From Lentisphaerota bacterium (GTDB taxonomy: Bacteria > Verrucomicrobiota > Kiritimatiellia > PWTM01), in assembly GCA_016873715.1 (NCBI GenBank), contig VGWF01000003.1, positions 4,907-68,906 on the forward strand: DNA of 64,000 nucleotides, written 5' to 3'. Both the position numbers and the translations under genes were made by a program. Of the stretch, positions 34,588-44,941 are shown piece after piece; the first letter of the stretch is position 1, and each line of letters starts with the position of its first letter. The notes beneath the pieces are model-generated. The model was not told the origin of the DNA, did not search any database, and saw only the letters and a list, made by a program, of their open reading frames with translations.

Positions 34588-37500
34588 ATGCAAGTCAGTT
34601 TCCGCTGTCCCAACTGCCAGTGCAAGATGGCGATCGACGCCGCGGCGGCTGGGGAAGCGGTGACGTGTCCCCAATGCAGGGCCAAGGTCACCGTTCCCCA
34701 GGCGCGTCTCGGCCCGGGCGTCACGCTGGGCGGCTTCAGGATCGAGCGCCTGGTCGGCGCCGGCGGCATGGGCGAGGTCTACCTGGCCCGGCAGCTTTCG
34801 ATGGACCGGCCCGTCGCCCTGAAGATCCTGGCCGCGCACGCGCGCAGCCGCGAGGACAAGGAACGGTTCATCCAGGAGGTGCGGACGCTCGCGCGCCTCG
34901 AGCATCCGAACATCGTCACCGCCCACGAGGCCGGCGAGGACGGCGGGCACCTCTTCCTCGCGATGGGCTACGTCAACGGCGAGGCGCTCGACCGCCGGCT
35001 GGCATCGCAGGGCCGCATCCCCGAGCGCGAGGCGCTCAAGATCGTGCGCAAGGTCGGCAAGGCCCTGGAGTACGCGTGGTCCGAGCACCGCCTGCTGCAC
35101 CGCGACATCAAGCCGGGCAACATCCTGATCGACGCGCATGGCGAGCCGAAACTCGTCGACCTCGGCCTCGCCCACTCCGTGCAGAGCGCGGAGTCCGGTC
35201 GGGCCGAGAAGCCGCGCGCCGCCGGCACGCCGAACTACATGAGCCCCGAGCAGGCCGAGGGGCGCGACGACCTCGACTGCCGGTCCGACATCTACGCGCT
35301 CGGCGCCACGCTCTACCACACGATCACGGGGCAGCTCCCCTACGCGGCGGACACGCCCGACGAGACGCTCCGCCTCAAGTTCGCCGAGCCGCTGCCGGAC
35401 CCGCGGAGCCTGAATCCCCAGGTGACGCCCTCGTGTGTCGCGCTGCTGACGGGCATGCTGTCGCACGACCGCGCGGAGCGCTATTCGACGTGGAAGGAAC
35501 TGCTGACGGACGTCGACCGCGTCCTCTCGGGCAAACCCCCCGCCCACAGCGCGCTTCCCGGCGAGCACACCAACCGCGTGCGCCTCACGGCCGCGGAGGT
35601 GCAGGCTCTCCAGGACAGCGCCCGGTCCGCCCGCCGGGAATCGCCCATCAAGATGATCCTCACCGTCGCGGCCACGGTCCTCGTCGTGGGCGGCGGCATC
35701 GCCGTCGCCCTCTGGCTCCGCGACCGCATGGAGACGCCGCCGCCCACCCCCCATCGCACCCCGCAGGAACTCGCCGCGCTCAAGGCCGAGGAGGATGCCC
35801 GCGTCCGCCTGGCCGCGCTCGAGGCGCGGTACCGCGAGACCCTCCAGTTCCACGAGGCCCACGCCGACGACATCCCCGCCTGCGTCCAGCGGTGGAAGGA
35901 CCTCGCCCGGGACGCCGAACGGACCGAATGGGGCGCACTCGCCCAGAAGGAAATCCAGAAGCTCGCCCGGCGCGCGGAGGAGGAGGCCGCCAAGGCCTAC
36001 GCCGCGCTGGCGGCGTCCGTCCAGCCCCTCGTCGAGGCCGGCGAATCCGACGCGGCCATCCTGAAACTCGAGGCCTATACCGGCCCCTATGCCGCGGAGA
36101 CCCTGGCCCAGCGGACCGCCGAGGCCGACCGCATCCGCGCGCGCGCCGCCGCGATGGCCGCGGAACGCCAGTCCAGCGCCGCCAAGGCCTTCGACACGGC
36201 CCGGCGCGACGCCATCGCCCGGCTCGTGAAGCTCGATTACGCCGGCGCCCTGAGTTCCTTCGAGACGGCCTGCCGCTCCGGCGGCCTCGATCCCGCCGCC
36301 GGCGAATGCGTGCGATGGCGCAACACCATCCTGGCCGCCCAGCGTCAGAAGGACATCGTCCTCGAATCCGTCCGCGGCGACAGCGGGAAGACCGTGGAAC
36401 TCCAGCTCGCCGGAGGGCCGGAAAGCTGGGAGATCACCGGCATCGAGGGCGGCGCGATCCAGGCCCGGCGCAAGGTCGGCGGAGGCTACATGGCCCGCAC
36501 CATCGCCTACACGGAACTGCACCTCGTCGAGAAGTACCGCCGCCTCGAGCGCATCCCCGCCCCGGCGAACCGCATCCTCCAGGCCCTCCTGCTGATGGAG
36601 GCCGGCAACCCCGCCATGGCCCGCAAGACGCTCGAGCCGTCCGAGGACGAGGTCGCCCGCGCGCTGCTCGACGCGATGGACACCGAGGCGCGGGCCTCCG
36701 CGGAGACCACCGCGGAGCGGACGCTCGCCCTGCTGCTGAAGCGACTGGGGATCCCGGAGGGAACCGGAACGGCCGAGGCCGCCTCGCGGATCCGCCGGAC
36801 CCCGTTCACCGCCGTGGACGTCCAGACCCTCCGCGCCGCGGCCGCCGACTTCCGTCGGGTCCACGGCGGAACCTCCTACGCCGCCCGCACGGACGAGATC
36901 CTCCTCGCCATCGAGAAGGTCAACACCTACCCGCGCGAGGTTGATTCCGCCGCCGTGGGCCGCGCGATCGACAACCTCAAGCGCGCCAACCCCGGCTCCG
37001 CCGCCCACCTCGACGAGTCCCTCCGACAGACCGGCGACGGCCTCGAGTTCGTCGCCGAGGGCGCGGCCGCCGCCGGCCTCAGCAGCCTCGCCCCCCTCGC
37101 GGGCCTGCCGGTGGTGCGGATCGTCCTGACGGCCCCCGCCCTCCGCGATCTCGCCTCGCTGCGCGGACTGCCGCTCCAGGAGATCGAGATCCGCGGCGCG
37201 CGCATCGAGAACCTCGACGCCCTGCGCGGGCTCCCGCTCAAGCGGCTGGCGCTCGTCCGGTGCGGCATCGAGAACCTCGCCCCGCTGACGGGCCTCGCGC
37301 TGGAATCGCTCGATCTGTCGCAGAACCGCATCGCCTCCTTCTCGCCCCTGGCGGGCATGCCGCTGAAGCGGCTCGTCCTGAGCGACAACACCCAGATTGC
37401 GACGCTGCGCTACGTGTCGGGCATGCCGATCGAGGAACTCGCCTGCGACAACTGCGCCAAGATCGACGACCTCAAGCCGCTCCGCGGCAGCCCGCTCAAG

Positions 37501-38172
37501 TCCCTCTCCATCGAGAACACCGCCGTCGCCGATCTCTCGGCCCTCAAGGATTCCACCATCGAGACGCTGAACATCGGCGGCTGCCGCCAGGTGAAGGACC
37601 TCGCCCCCCTCAAGTCCATGCCCCTGCGCAAGCTGACCATCTGGGGCCTTCCGCTCGAGGACCTGGGCGCGCTGGACGGCCTGGCGCTGCAGCACCTCCA
37701 CGCCGCCGACATCCCCGCCCTCGCGTCGATCGCCGGGTTGCGCGGGATGCCGCTGGAAAGCCTCACGCTGCGCGACACGGGCGTCACCGACCTCACCCCG
37801 CTCCAGGGCATGCCCCTCAAGCGGCTGGTCCTCGCCCGCACGCCCATCACGGAGGTCGCCGTCCTCGCCGACCTGCCGATCGAGTACCTCGACATCAGCC
37901 ACTGCGATCGGATCCGCGACCCCACGTCCATCGAGAAGTGCGCGTCGCTCACGACGATCGTCATCCCCGACCGCCCGCGCTACCGGTACATGCTGCGCAC
38001 GATGAAGTCGCTGAAGTACGCGGGGACCTCGTCCGACACGCTTCTCCCGATCACGGAGTTCCTCGGCGAGTCGGAGGAGGCCCTGCGGGCCGCCCCGGCG
38101 GCCCAGCCGCCGGCCGAGGCCCGGCCGCCCCGCCCCGCCGGCGCGCGTCCGCCGCGGCCCGCCGCGCCCTGA
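34588..38172 (+). CDS. Hanks-type Ser/Thr kinase with N-terminal zinc ribbon, TM and C-terminal leucine-rich repeats
   Basis: CPNC/CPQC, GAGGMGEVY, VALK, HRDIKPGN, DLG, GTPNYMSPEQ; TM ILTVAATVLVVGGGIAVALWL; about 13-14 LRRs (DLxPLxGMPLxxL). Confidence 0.93.
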   Translation: MQVSFRCPNCQCKMAIDAAAAGEAVTCPQCRAKVTVPQARLGPGVTLGGFRIERLVGAGGMGEVYLARQLSMDRPVALKILAAHARSREDKERFIQEVRTLARLEHPNIVTAHEAGEDGGHLFLAMGYVNGEALDRRLASQGRIPEREALKIVRKVGKALEYAWSEHRLLHRDIKPGNILIDAHGEPKLVDLGLAHSVQSAESGRAEKPRAAGTPNYMSPEQAEGRDDLDCRSDIYALGATLYHTITGQLPYAADTPDETLRLKFAEPLPDPRSLNPQVTPSCVALLTGMLSHDRAERYSTWKELLTDVDRVLSGKPPAHSALPGEHTNRVRLTAAEVQALQDSARSARRESPIKMILTVAATVLVVGGGIAVALWLRDRMETPPPTPHRTPQELAALKAEEDARVRLAALEARYRETLQFHEAHADDIPACVQRWKDLARDAERTEWGALAQKEIQKLARRAEEEAAKAYAALAASVQPLVEAGESDAAILKLEAYTGPYAAETLAQRTAEADRIRARAAAMAAERQSSAAKAFDTARRDAIARLVKLDYAGALSSFETACRSGGLDPAAGECVRWRNTILAAQRQKDIVLESVRGDSGKTVELQLAGGPESWEITGIEGGAIQARRKVGGGYMARTIAYTELHLVEKYRRLERIPAPANRILQALLLMEAGNPAMARKTLEPSEDEVARALLDAMDTEARASAETTAERTLALLLKRLGIPEGTGTAEAASRIRRTPFTAVDVQTLRAAAADFRRVHGGTSYAARTDEILLAIEKVNTYPREVDSAAVGRAIDNLKRANPGSAAHLDESLRQTGDGLEFVAEGAAAAGLSSLAPLAGLPVVRIVLTAPALRDLASLRGLPLQEIEIRGARIENLDALRGLPLKRLALVRCGIENLAPLTGLALESLDLSQNRIASFSPLAGMPLKRLVLSDNTQIATLRYVSGMPIEELACDNCAKIDDLKPLRGSPLKSLSIENTAVADLSALKDSTIETLNIGGCRQVKDLAPLKSMPLRKLTIWGLPLEDLGALDGLALQHLHAADIPALASIAGLRGMPLESLTLRDTGVTDLTPLQGMPLKRLVLARTPITEVAVLADLPIEYLDISHCDRIRDPTSIEKCASLTTIVIPDRPRYRYMLRTMKSLKYAGTSSDTLLPITEFLGESEEALRAAPAAQPPAEARPPRPAGARPPRPAAP

Positions 38173-38184
38173 CCGCGCGCCGCC

Positions 38185-39414
38185 CTACCCGCCCAGCGCC
38201 ATCTGCAGCGCGATCAGCGCGTACGACGTCACCAGGACCGGATCGGACTCCCAGTAGCGGCCCACCTCGTTGATCCAGAAGCCCTGCCCCGTCTTCGGGT
38301 CCGTCTTCTGCAGGCTCACGAGCGCCTCGACCATCTGGGTCCGCCAGTGGAAGGGCTCCCGCCCCGCCGGATGAAACACGTCCTGCCCGTACGCGGCCAG
38401 CCCCTTCGACATGACGTTCAGGAGGTAGTACAACCCCTCCTTCTCGTCCTTCGTGTCGAACGACTCGGCGCCGCCCGACACCCGGTTGTTCGCGTCCAGC
38501 CCCCAGTGGCTCACCGCCCAGTTGATCGTCGCCTCGACCCGCGGATCCGTCCGGTCGACCTCCGCGTAGATGTAGCTCAGGAGCCCCGCGTAGGTCATGC
38601 CCTTCATCGAGCGGAACTTCACCACGCCCGCCGCGTTCGTCCGGGTGCCGGAGCGCGTCTGCCCGGGATGGTAGACGAACCCGCCCCGGTCGGCGGGATC
38701 GTCGCTCGCCCACGTGGCGGTGTTGAACCGCGCGTCGTTCTGCGTCCGCTGCACGAACGCCTCCGCGGCCTTCCAGTCCAGGTCGGCCCTCGCCCCGCCG
38801 TCCTTGCGCAGGTCCTCGGCCGACTGCGTCGCGCGCATCGCCTCGAACGCGATGTAGGAGTTCGAGAGGTCGGCGTACGGCCGCCCGGTATCGACGTCGT
38901 AGCCCATGCCGCCGTGGTAGAGATCGCCCCCCAGGTGCTGGCTGCGCGCGACGTAGCGGCGGGCCTTGAGCACGACCGGCGCCGCGCGGGAATCCCCGCT
39001 GAGGTGCAGGGCCACCATCGCGATCGCGGTGTTGTAGTTCGGCATGCCGCCGCCCTTGACCTGCTCCTTCGGCTCGCGGTAGATCGCGCCGTTCTCGTGG
39101 GCGCACGAGAGAAGGAAGTCGACCGCCTTCCGCGCGGCCGGCGTGTCGGCCCGCCCCGCGCGCGCCAGCGCCCAGAGCGGCAGCGCCGTCAGCGCCGGGA
39201 ACTGCTCGTTCGACCAGTGCCCGCCCGCGTTCTGCTGCGCCAGGAGCCACGCGATCGCGCGGTCCGACGCCGCGCCGGGGTCGCGCCGGAGCGATTCGCC
39301 GATTCCCTGCGGCCCGCCCCGCGTCGTCAGCACCGTGGCATCGTTCGTCGGCGCGGCCGCCACCGAACCCGCCCACGCCGCCGCCAGCACCGCCATCGCC
39401 ATCGTCCGGTTCAT
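38185..39414 (-). CDS. Exported prenyltransferase/squalene-cyclase-repeat (QW motif) protein
   Basis: Signal peptide; WLLAQQNAGGHW, FVQRTQN...GGFVY, LVSLQK...GFW. Confidence 0.85.
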   Translation of the reverse strand: MNRTMAMAVLAAAWAGSVAAAPTNDATVLTTRGGPQGIGESLRRDPGAASDRAIAWLLAQQNAGGHWSNEQFPALTALPLWALARAGRADTPAARKAVDFLLSCAHENGAIYREPKEQVKGGGMPNYNTAIAMVALHLSGDSRAAPVVLKARRYVARSQHLGGDLYHGGMGYDVDTGRPYADLSNSYIAFEAMRATQSAEDLRKDGGARADLDWKAAEAFVQRTQNDARFNTATWASDDPADRGGFVYHPGQTRSGTRTNAAGVVKFRSMKGMTYAGLLSYIYAEVDRTDPRVEATINWAVSHWGLDANNRVSGGAESFDTKDEKEGLYYLLNVMSKGLAAYGQDVFHPAGREPFHWRTQMVEALVSLQKTDPKTGQGFWINEVGRYWESDPVLVTSYALIALQMALGG

Positions 39415-39425
39415 GGCATCCCCGC

Positions 39426-40100
39426 CTATTGCTGTGTGACGGCCTTCGATCCGCTTCCGCCACCCGAGGTCGTCACCCGGATCGTCTGCTGCCCGTCACT
39501 GTTGTTGGCCACGTAGAGGCCGGTGGCGCCCGAGCCCGTGATGGTTCCGAGGCTGCTGTTTCCCACCGTCCATGTGTAGGTGCCCGAACCGCCGCTGGCC
39601 GTGTAGGTCGTCGTGGAGTTGTTGGACACGGTGCTCGACCCGGTGATCGTGATCGTGCCCCCGCCGCCCCCGTTGGTGGGGACGGTGGCCGTGCCGTAGA
39701 CCGTTCCGTAGAGGGTGGGCTCGATCCAGGTCCCCTGCATCGTCGCGCTGCCGCCCGACACGGTGACGACCGCCTGGAGGATGCCCTGGGCCCCGGCCGA
39801 GGTCAGGCCGGTGAGCTGGATCCGCGCCGAACTCTCGGACGCCTGGGAGACGCTGCCGCGGAGGATGCGCCCGTTGTTGTCGATCGCCTGAAGGTCGGAT
39901 CCATCCTGGATGAGGTTGAGGGTCGTGATCGCCGCCCCCGTGTTCGCCGAGACGATGTTCCCGCCGGAATTGGCGTAGAAGCCGGCGATGATCAATCCGA
40001 CCTGGCGGATGACTGTGTCGGGCGAACCGACCTCGCATCCGACGAGCACCGCGCCCGCCACCGCCGCGACCGCAAGCCCCGCGCCCAGGATCTTCTTCAT
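39426..40100 (-). CDS. Lipoprotein, Thr/Gly/Ser-rich, with an Ig-like C-terminal domain
   Basis: MKKILGAGLAVAAVAGAVLVGC lipobox; YTASGGSGTYTWTV. Confidence 0.75.
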   Translation of the reverse strand: MKKILGAGLAVAAVAGAVLVGCEVGSPDTVIRQVGLIIAGFYANSGGNIVSANTGAAITTLNLIQDGSDLQAIDNNGRILRGSVSQASESSARIQLTGLTSAGAQGILQAVVTVSGGSATMQGTWIEPTLYGTVYGTATVPTNGGGGGTITITGSSTVSNNSTTTYTASGGSGTYTWTVGNSSLGTITGSGATGLYVANNSDGQQTIRVTTSGGGSGSKAVTQQ

Positions 40101-40337
40101 GGCACCCCGTTCATCGTCGTTGCGCCGGCGACATGCCGGCGCCGGACAGTGTAGGCACGGGGCACCCCCGGCGCAACCCCGGCGGGCAGCGGGGACGGAT
40201 GGATGGAGGCGTCGACGACCCGGAGGAAGTGCCCATCGCCACGGCGCGCCCCCTCGCCCTCCATCCGCCCCCCCGTCCCTCCCCTTCTCCTCCGCTCCGG
40301 GGGCGACACGACCCGGCATCCGCGGTATGGTTCCGGC

Positions 40338-40859
40338 ATGACGACGTTCCGGACGTTCGAGGAGATCGAGTGGAGCGGCTGGGAGCCGGCGCAGCGCGCG
40401 ACGCTGCTGTTCGTGCGGCGCGACGGCCGGCTCCTGCTGATCGAGAAGAAGCGCGGACTCGGCGCGGGCAAGATCAACGCCCCCGGCGGACGGATCGAGC
40501 CCGGGGAGACGCCCGTCGAGGCCGCCATCCGCGAGGTGCAGGAGGAGGTCCGCGTGACGCCGCACGCGCCGGTCGAACGCGGCCGCCTGCGGTTCCAGTT
40601 CGCCGACGGCTTCTCGATCTCCGGCGCCGTCTTCCTGGCCGAGGGCTGCGACGGCGAGCCGCGCGAGACGGACGAGGCGGTGCCGCTGTGGATCGCCCCC
40701 GCGGACATCCCCTACGCGCGCATGTGGGCCGACGACCGGGTCTGGATCCCGCACATGCTCGGGGGGCGGTGGTTCGACGGCCGCTTCCTGTTCGACGGCG
40801 ACGCGATGCGCGGCTACCGGCTGGAGGCCGGTCCCGGCGCCTTCACGACGCGCGGCTGA
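40338..40859 (+). CDS. NUDIX hydrolase, 8-oxo-dGTPase (MTH1-like)
   Basis: KKRGLGAGKINAPGGRIEPGETPVEAAIREVQEE Nudix box; MWADDRVW. Confidence 0.92.
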   Translation: MTTFRTFEEIEWSGWEPAQRATLLFVRRDGRLLLIEKKRGLGAGKINAPGGRIEPGETPVEAAIREVQEEVRVTPHAPVERGRLRFQFADGFSISGAVFLAEGCDGEPRETDEAVPLWIAPADIPYARMWADDRVWIPHMLGGRWFDGRFLFDGDAMRGYRLEAGPGAFTTRG

Positions 40860-40929
40860 CGAGGAAGTCCGCCGGGCCGGGCAGGCCCCTCCCGGCGCCG
40901 CCCCCGCGGCGGCCTCGACGACGGCCGGC

Positions 40930-41985
40930 TCACGCCGGCGGGGGAAGGCGGCGCTCGAGTTCGGCCACGCGCCGGACGAGGCCGAGGAGCTGCTCGCGCA
41001 TCTCCGGAAGCCGCATCGTGTAGGCATGGATCCGCTTCGCGCGGTCCATCGGCATCGCGGGCGAACCGAGAACCATCGCGCCCGCGGGGACGTCCTTCGA
41101 AACCCCCGCCTGCGCCCCGATGATGGCGCCCTCGCCGACCTCGAGATGGCCGGAGATGCCGACCTGGCCGGCCAGCACGGCGCGCGCCCCGATGGACGAA
41201 CTGCCGGCGATGCCGACCTGGGCGACGATCACGGCGTGGTCGCCGATGACGACGTTGTGGGCGATCTGCACGAGGTTGTCGACCTTGACGCCCTGCCCGA
41301 TGACGGTCTTGCCGAAGCGCGCGCGATCGACCGTGACGTTGGCGCCCAGTTCCACGTCGTCGCCGATCACGACGATGCCGAGCTGCGGGATCTTCGTGCG
41401 CACGCCCTTCTCATCGGCGGTGTAGCCGAACCCGTCGCTGCCGACGACGCAACCGTTGTGCAGGATCACGCGGGCGCCGATCCGGCAGCGCTCGCGGATG
41501 GACACGTTCGGATAGAGGCGGCAGTCCTCGCCGACGACCGCCTCGTGGCCGACGTAGACGTGCGCTCGGAGCACGGTGCGCGCCCCGATGCGGGCGCCGG
41601 GTTCGACGACGACGAACGGGCCGATGCGGACCCCCTCGCCCACGGCGGCGTCCGGCGCGATGACCGCGGACGGGTGGATGCCCGGCGGGTCGGGAACCGG
41701 CGGCGGCGCGAACAGGGACGCGGCGTGCGCGAAGGCGGCGTCCGGGTTGTCGACGCGGATCAGCGCGGCGGGGCTGGGCCGGTCCCAGGCCTTCGCGACG
41801 ATGACGGCGGCGGCACGGGTGACGGAGACGTCGCCGGCGTAGCGGAGATTGGCGACGAAGGCGACCTCGCCGGGCCGGGCGTCCCGGATGCCCGCGACAC
41901 CGGTGATGACGGGCGTGCCGTCCCCCTCGCAGCTCCCGCCCAGCCGGGCGGCCAGTTCTGCGACCGTCAGCACGGGGCGATCCAT
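40930..41985 (-). CDS. lpxD: UDP-3-O-acyl-glucosamine N-acyltransferase
   Basis: Hexapeptide repeats, [25 protein letters not shown]. Confidence 0.96.
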   Translation of the reverse strand: MDRPVLTVAELAARLGGSCEGDGTPVITGVAGIRDARPGEVAFVANLRYAGDVSVTRAAAVIVAKAWDRPSPAALIRVDNPDAAFAHAASLFAPPPVPDPPGIHPSAVIAPDAAVGEGVRIGPFVVVEPGARIGARTVLRAHVYVGHEAVVGEDCRLYPNVSIRERCRIGARVILHNGCVVGSDGFGYTADEKGVRTKIPQLGIVVIGDDVELGANVTVDRARFGKTVIGQGVKVDNLVQIAHNVVIGDHAVIVAQVGIAGSSSIGARAVLAGQVGISGHLEVGEGAIIGAQAGVSKDVPAGAMVLGSPAMPMDRAKRIHAYTMRLPEMREQLLGLVRRVAELERRLPPPA

Positions 41986-42627
41986 CTACTTCTTGTCCCC
42001 GTCCTTGGCGGCGGCGGGCTGGAGCGGCGGCGGGATGTTGGCCGGGGCGCCCTTGTTCAGCAGCGCGACGACCTCCTCGGTGATGTCGTTCTTCGTGTCG
42101 ACGTAGAGGACGCTCTCGACGCCGTTGAGGCTGGCGCCGGAGGAGTCGAGCACGGCCTCGTAGCTCTTGTCCCGGGCGTGCGTCCGGACGATCTCGCGGA
42201 TCTCGCCGACGAGGCCGCGGCGCATGCGGCGGCTCTGCTCCTCGAGCTGCTTGCCGCGGCGCTCGCGGAAGCCCTGGATGCGGGTCTCCTGCTCGCGGAT
42301 CCCCATCACCTTCTCCTCGGCCGCGTTGCGCTTGGCGGCGCGGACCTCGTCGCTGAGCGCCGTGTTCTGCGACTCCTCGCGGAGGGCGTTGAACTCCTTC
42401 TGCAGCTTCTCGCCGTCGGCGACGAGCTTCTTGAGTTCCTCGTCGAACTCCTTCGCCTGCGACTTGAGCTGCGCGTCGGCCACGCGGGTCTTGTAGTACT
42501 CGTTGAAGCACCGGTCCAGGTTGATGAACGCGATGGTGCCCTTCCGGTCCTGCGCGCCCGCCGCGGTCGCCAGCCCGATCACCACCGCCGCCAGCACGCC
42601 CGCCGTTCCCTGCATCGTCCTTCGCAT
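41986..42627 (-). CDS. skp: Skp/OmpH periplasmic chaperone
   Basis: Signal peptide, IAFINLDR, coiled coil, YEAVLD...DITEEV; lies between bamA and lpxD. Confidence 0.92.
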   Translation of the reverse strand: MRRTMQGTAGVLAAVVIGLATAAGAQDRKGTIAFINLDRCFNEYYKTRVADAQLKSQAKEFDEELKKLVADGEKLQKEFNALREESQNTALSDEVRAAKRNAAEEKVMGIREQETRIQGFRERRGKQLEEQSRRMRRGLVGEIREIVRTHARDKSYEAVLDSSGASLNGVESVLYVDTKNDITEEVVALLNKGAPANIPPPLQPAAAKDGDKK

Positions 42628-42658
42628 GCGCCGTCCCTTTCGCCCCCGGGATGGTTCC

Positions 42659-44941
42659 CTAGAAGGGGTAGCCGAACATGATGTTGAACCGTCCGTTGTC
42701 GTCCTCGTTGTAGTCGTCGGCATCGATCTGCCACGCGTAGTCGAGCCGCAGCGGCATCATCGGGATGTCGAGACGTATCCCGACACCGTAGCCGGTATTC
42801 CAGTCGAGATCAAACTCGAAGGGGTCCTCCCAGACCATGCCGCCGTCGACGAAGGCGGCGAGGCGGACCATCTTGTAGACGGGCACGGTGTACTCGGCCG
42901 ACGCGAAGGCCATGCTCCGGCCGCCGAGGGGCTCGCCCTCCTCGTCCGACGGGCCGATGTGGCGGTATTCGAAGGCGCGCACGGTGTAGAGGCCGCCGAG
43001 GAAGAACCGGTCGAAGAGCGGCACGCGAGTGGCGTCGCCGTACTCCTCCATGAAGCCGACGTGGCCGCGGAGGAGGAAGACGTGGCCGAACCAGAGGGGG
43101 ATGTACTGGCTGCTGCGGAGTTCCAGCTTGTACCAGTCGGTGTCGGCGCCGAGCGGGCCGCCGGCGAGCGTCGAGCTGAGCCGCGTCTGGTTGCCGCGCG
43201 TGGTCAGGCGGGTCCGGTCGCGGGTGTCGCGCACGAGCGAGAGCTCCAGCGAGCTCTTCATGCGCGTGCCCTCCTCGGCCTGGATGGCGGCGCTGGCGTC
43301 CTCGTCGACGTCGGAGATCTCGATCTCCTCGAGCCCGTAGGTGGCGCCGACGGAGTAGAAGCGCGCGAGGGACTTCTCGAGCGAGAGCTGTCCGCCGAGG
43401 CGGCCGACATCGTAGAGGGAGCTGTAGTAGCTCGCCTCCCGGCTGTAGAGATCGACGCCCAGGCGCAGGCGCTGGTCGAGGAAGTAGGGCTCGATGAAGC
43501 TGAGGTAGTAGTCCTGGCGGCGCGTGCCGATCTCCGCGCCGAGGCGGACCTTCTGGCCGGCCCCGAACGGGGGCCACGACCCGAGGTCGACGTTGCCGTG
43601 GCCGATCTCGACGCGCCCGACGAGCCGGTCGATGCTCGAGAAGGCCACGCCGGCCTCGGCGGTGCCCATCCGGTCCTCCTCCACGTCGAGCACGAGGTCG
43701 TGCCATCCGGCCTCCTCGGCGGGTTCCGGGGTCGCGGCGACGTAGGAGAAGTAGCCGAGGTTGCGGACGCGGTTCTCGCTGGTCCGCACGCGCGACCGGT
43801 TGAACGGCTCGCCGGGGGCGACGACGAGTTCGCGGCGGATGACCTCGTCGTGGGTCACGACATTGCCCCGGATCTTGATGTCGCGGATCTTCGACTTCGT
43901 CCCCTCCTTGACCTGGAGGCGGAGGTCGGCCTTCCCCGACTCGGCGGCGGCGTCGATCGCCGGCCGGACCTGCGTCAGGATGTAGCCGCGGTTCCCGTAG
44001 TAGTCCAGGATCGCCTCGCGCGCGGCATCGATCTCGGCCATCGAGGCGGGACCGCCGGGCGCGAGCCGGGCGACGCGGGCGATGTCGTTCGACGGGAAGA
44101 GCGTGACGCCCTCGATCGCGACGGAGGCGAGCCGGTACGACACGCCCTCGGTGATCCGGAACTGCAGCGCGACGCGGTCGCCGCCGCTGCGGACGTACTC
44201 GGGGCCTTCGACGCGCGCATCGAGATGGCCCCGCTCGGCGTAGAGGCGCTGCAGGGCGTGCGCGTCGGCGCGGATGTCGTCCTCGCTCAGCCGTCCCGCG
44301 CCGGTGAACCAGTGGACGGGATTGTACCAGCGGAACCGTTTCTGCTTCATCCGCTCCGTCAGGTCCGACTCCGCCACGACCTTCGCGCCGGCGAAGCGGA
44401 TGGCCGACACGCGGGCCCGCAGGCCCTCCTTGACCGTGACGGCGACGCGGACGGTGCCCGGCGCGGCGCCCGGCGTCATCGTCCACGTCAGCCGCGCCTC
44501 GGGATAGAACGTCTTCGCGTACTCGTCCTGAATGCGCCGCGCGGCGGCCGCCAGCTTCGCGTCGTCGACCAGGTCGCCGACGCCGAGGGCCAGCCACTCC
44601 CGGACCTTGCGGTTGCCGACCTCGTCGGCCCCGGCGATCTCGAGCCGCTCGATGGTCGGGCGCGCGTTGACGGAGAAGACCACGGCCACGGCGCCGTCGC
44701 CCGCCGGCTCCGCGCGCACGGCGACGGAGCTGAACCGCCCGGTCCGCTCGAGGGCCCGCACGTCGCGCGCGGCGCGATTGACGTCGAACGGCATCCCGGC
44801 GCGGGTCTCCACGACGGACTGCACGTAACCCGGGTCGGCGGGGGCGTCGCCCGCCTTCTCGACGCGCACCTCGCGCACCGACTGCGCGGCGGCGGCGGCG
44901 GCGATCAGGAGGACGGCGGCGGCGGCGGACATCGTCTTCAT
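42659..44941 (-). CDS. bamA: Outer-membrane protein assembly factor BamA
   Basis: POTRA repeats (IRGNVVTHDEVIRRE, RNLGYF), FFLGG..VRAF, PLRLDYA, C-terminal F. Confidence 0.95.
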   Translation of the reverse strand: MKTMSAAAAVLLIAAAAAAQSVREVRVEKAGDAPADPGYVQSVVETRAGMPFDVNRAARDVRALERTGRFSSVAVRAEPAGDGAVAVVFSVNARPTIERLEIAGADEVGNRKVREWLALGVGDLVDDAKLAAAARRIQDEYAKTFYPEARLTWTMTPGAAPGTVRVAVTVKEGLRARVSAIRFAGAKVVAESDLTERMKQKRFRWYNPVHWFTGAGRLSEDDIRADAHALQRLYAERGHLDARVEGPEYVRSGGDRVALQFRITEGVSYRLASVAIEGVTLFPSNDIARVARLAPGGPASMAEIDAAREAILDYYGNRGYILTQVRPAIDAAAESGKADLRLQVKEGTKSKIRDIKIRGNVVTHDEVIRRELVVAPGEPFNRSRVRTSENRVRNLGYFSYVAATPEPAEEAGWHDLVLDVEEDRMGTAEAGVAFSSIDRLVGRVEIGHGNVDLGSWPPFGAGQKVRLGAEIGTRRQDYYLSFIEPYFLDQRLRLGVDLYSREASYYSSLYDVGRLGGQLSLEKSLARFYSVGATYGLEEIEISDVDEDASAAIQAEEGTRMKSSLELSLVRDTRDRTRLTTRGNQTRLSSTLAGGPLGADTDWYKLELRSSQYIPLWFGHVFLLRGHVGFMEEYGDATRVPLFDRFFLGGLYTVRAFEYRHIGPSDEEGEPLGGRSMAFASAEYTVPVYKMVRLAAFVDGGMVWEDPFEFDLDWNTGYGVGIRLDIPMMPLRLDYAWQIDADDYNEDDNGRFNIMFGYPF

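Noticed and set aside
38185-39414. Squalene-hopene cyclase and hopanoid pathway link to the rSAM cluster
   Set aside because: Too short, exported, lacks DxDD, and no hpn genes are nearby.
40190-40275. Imperfect inverted repeat between the divergent lipoprotein and NUDIX genes
   Set aside because: Short GC-rich pairing (GGATGGAGG/CCTCCATCC) could be chance; no U-tract and no second copy seen.
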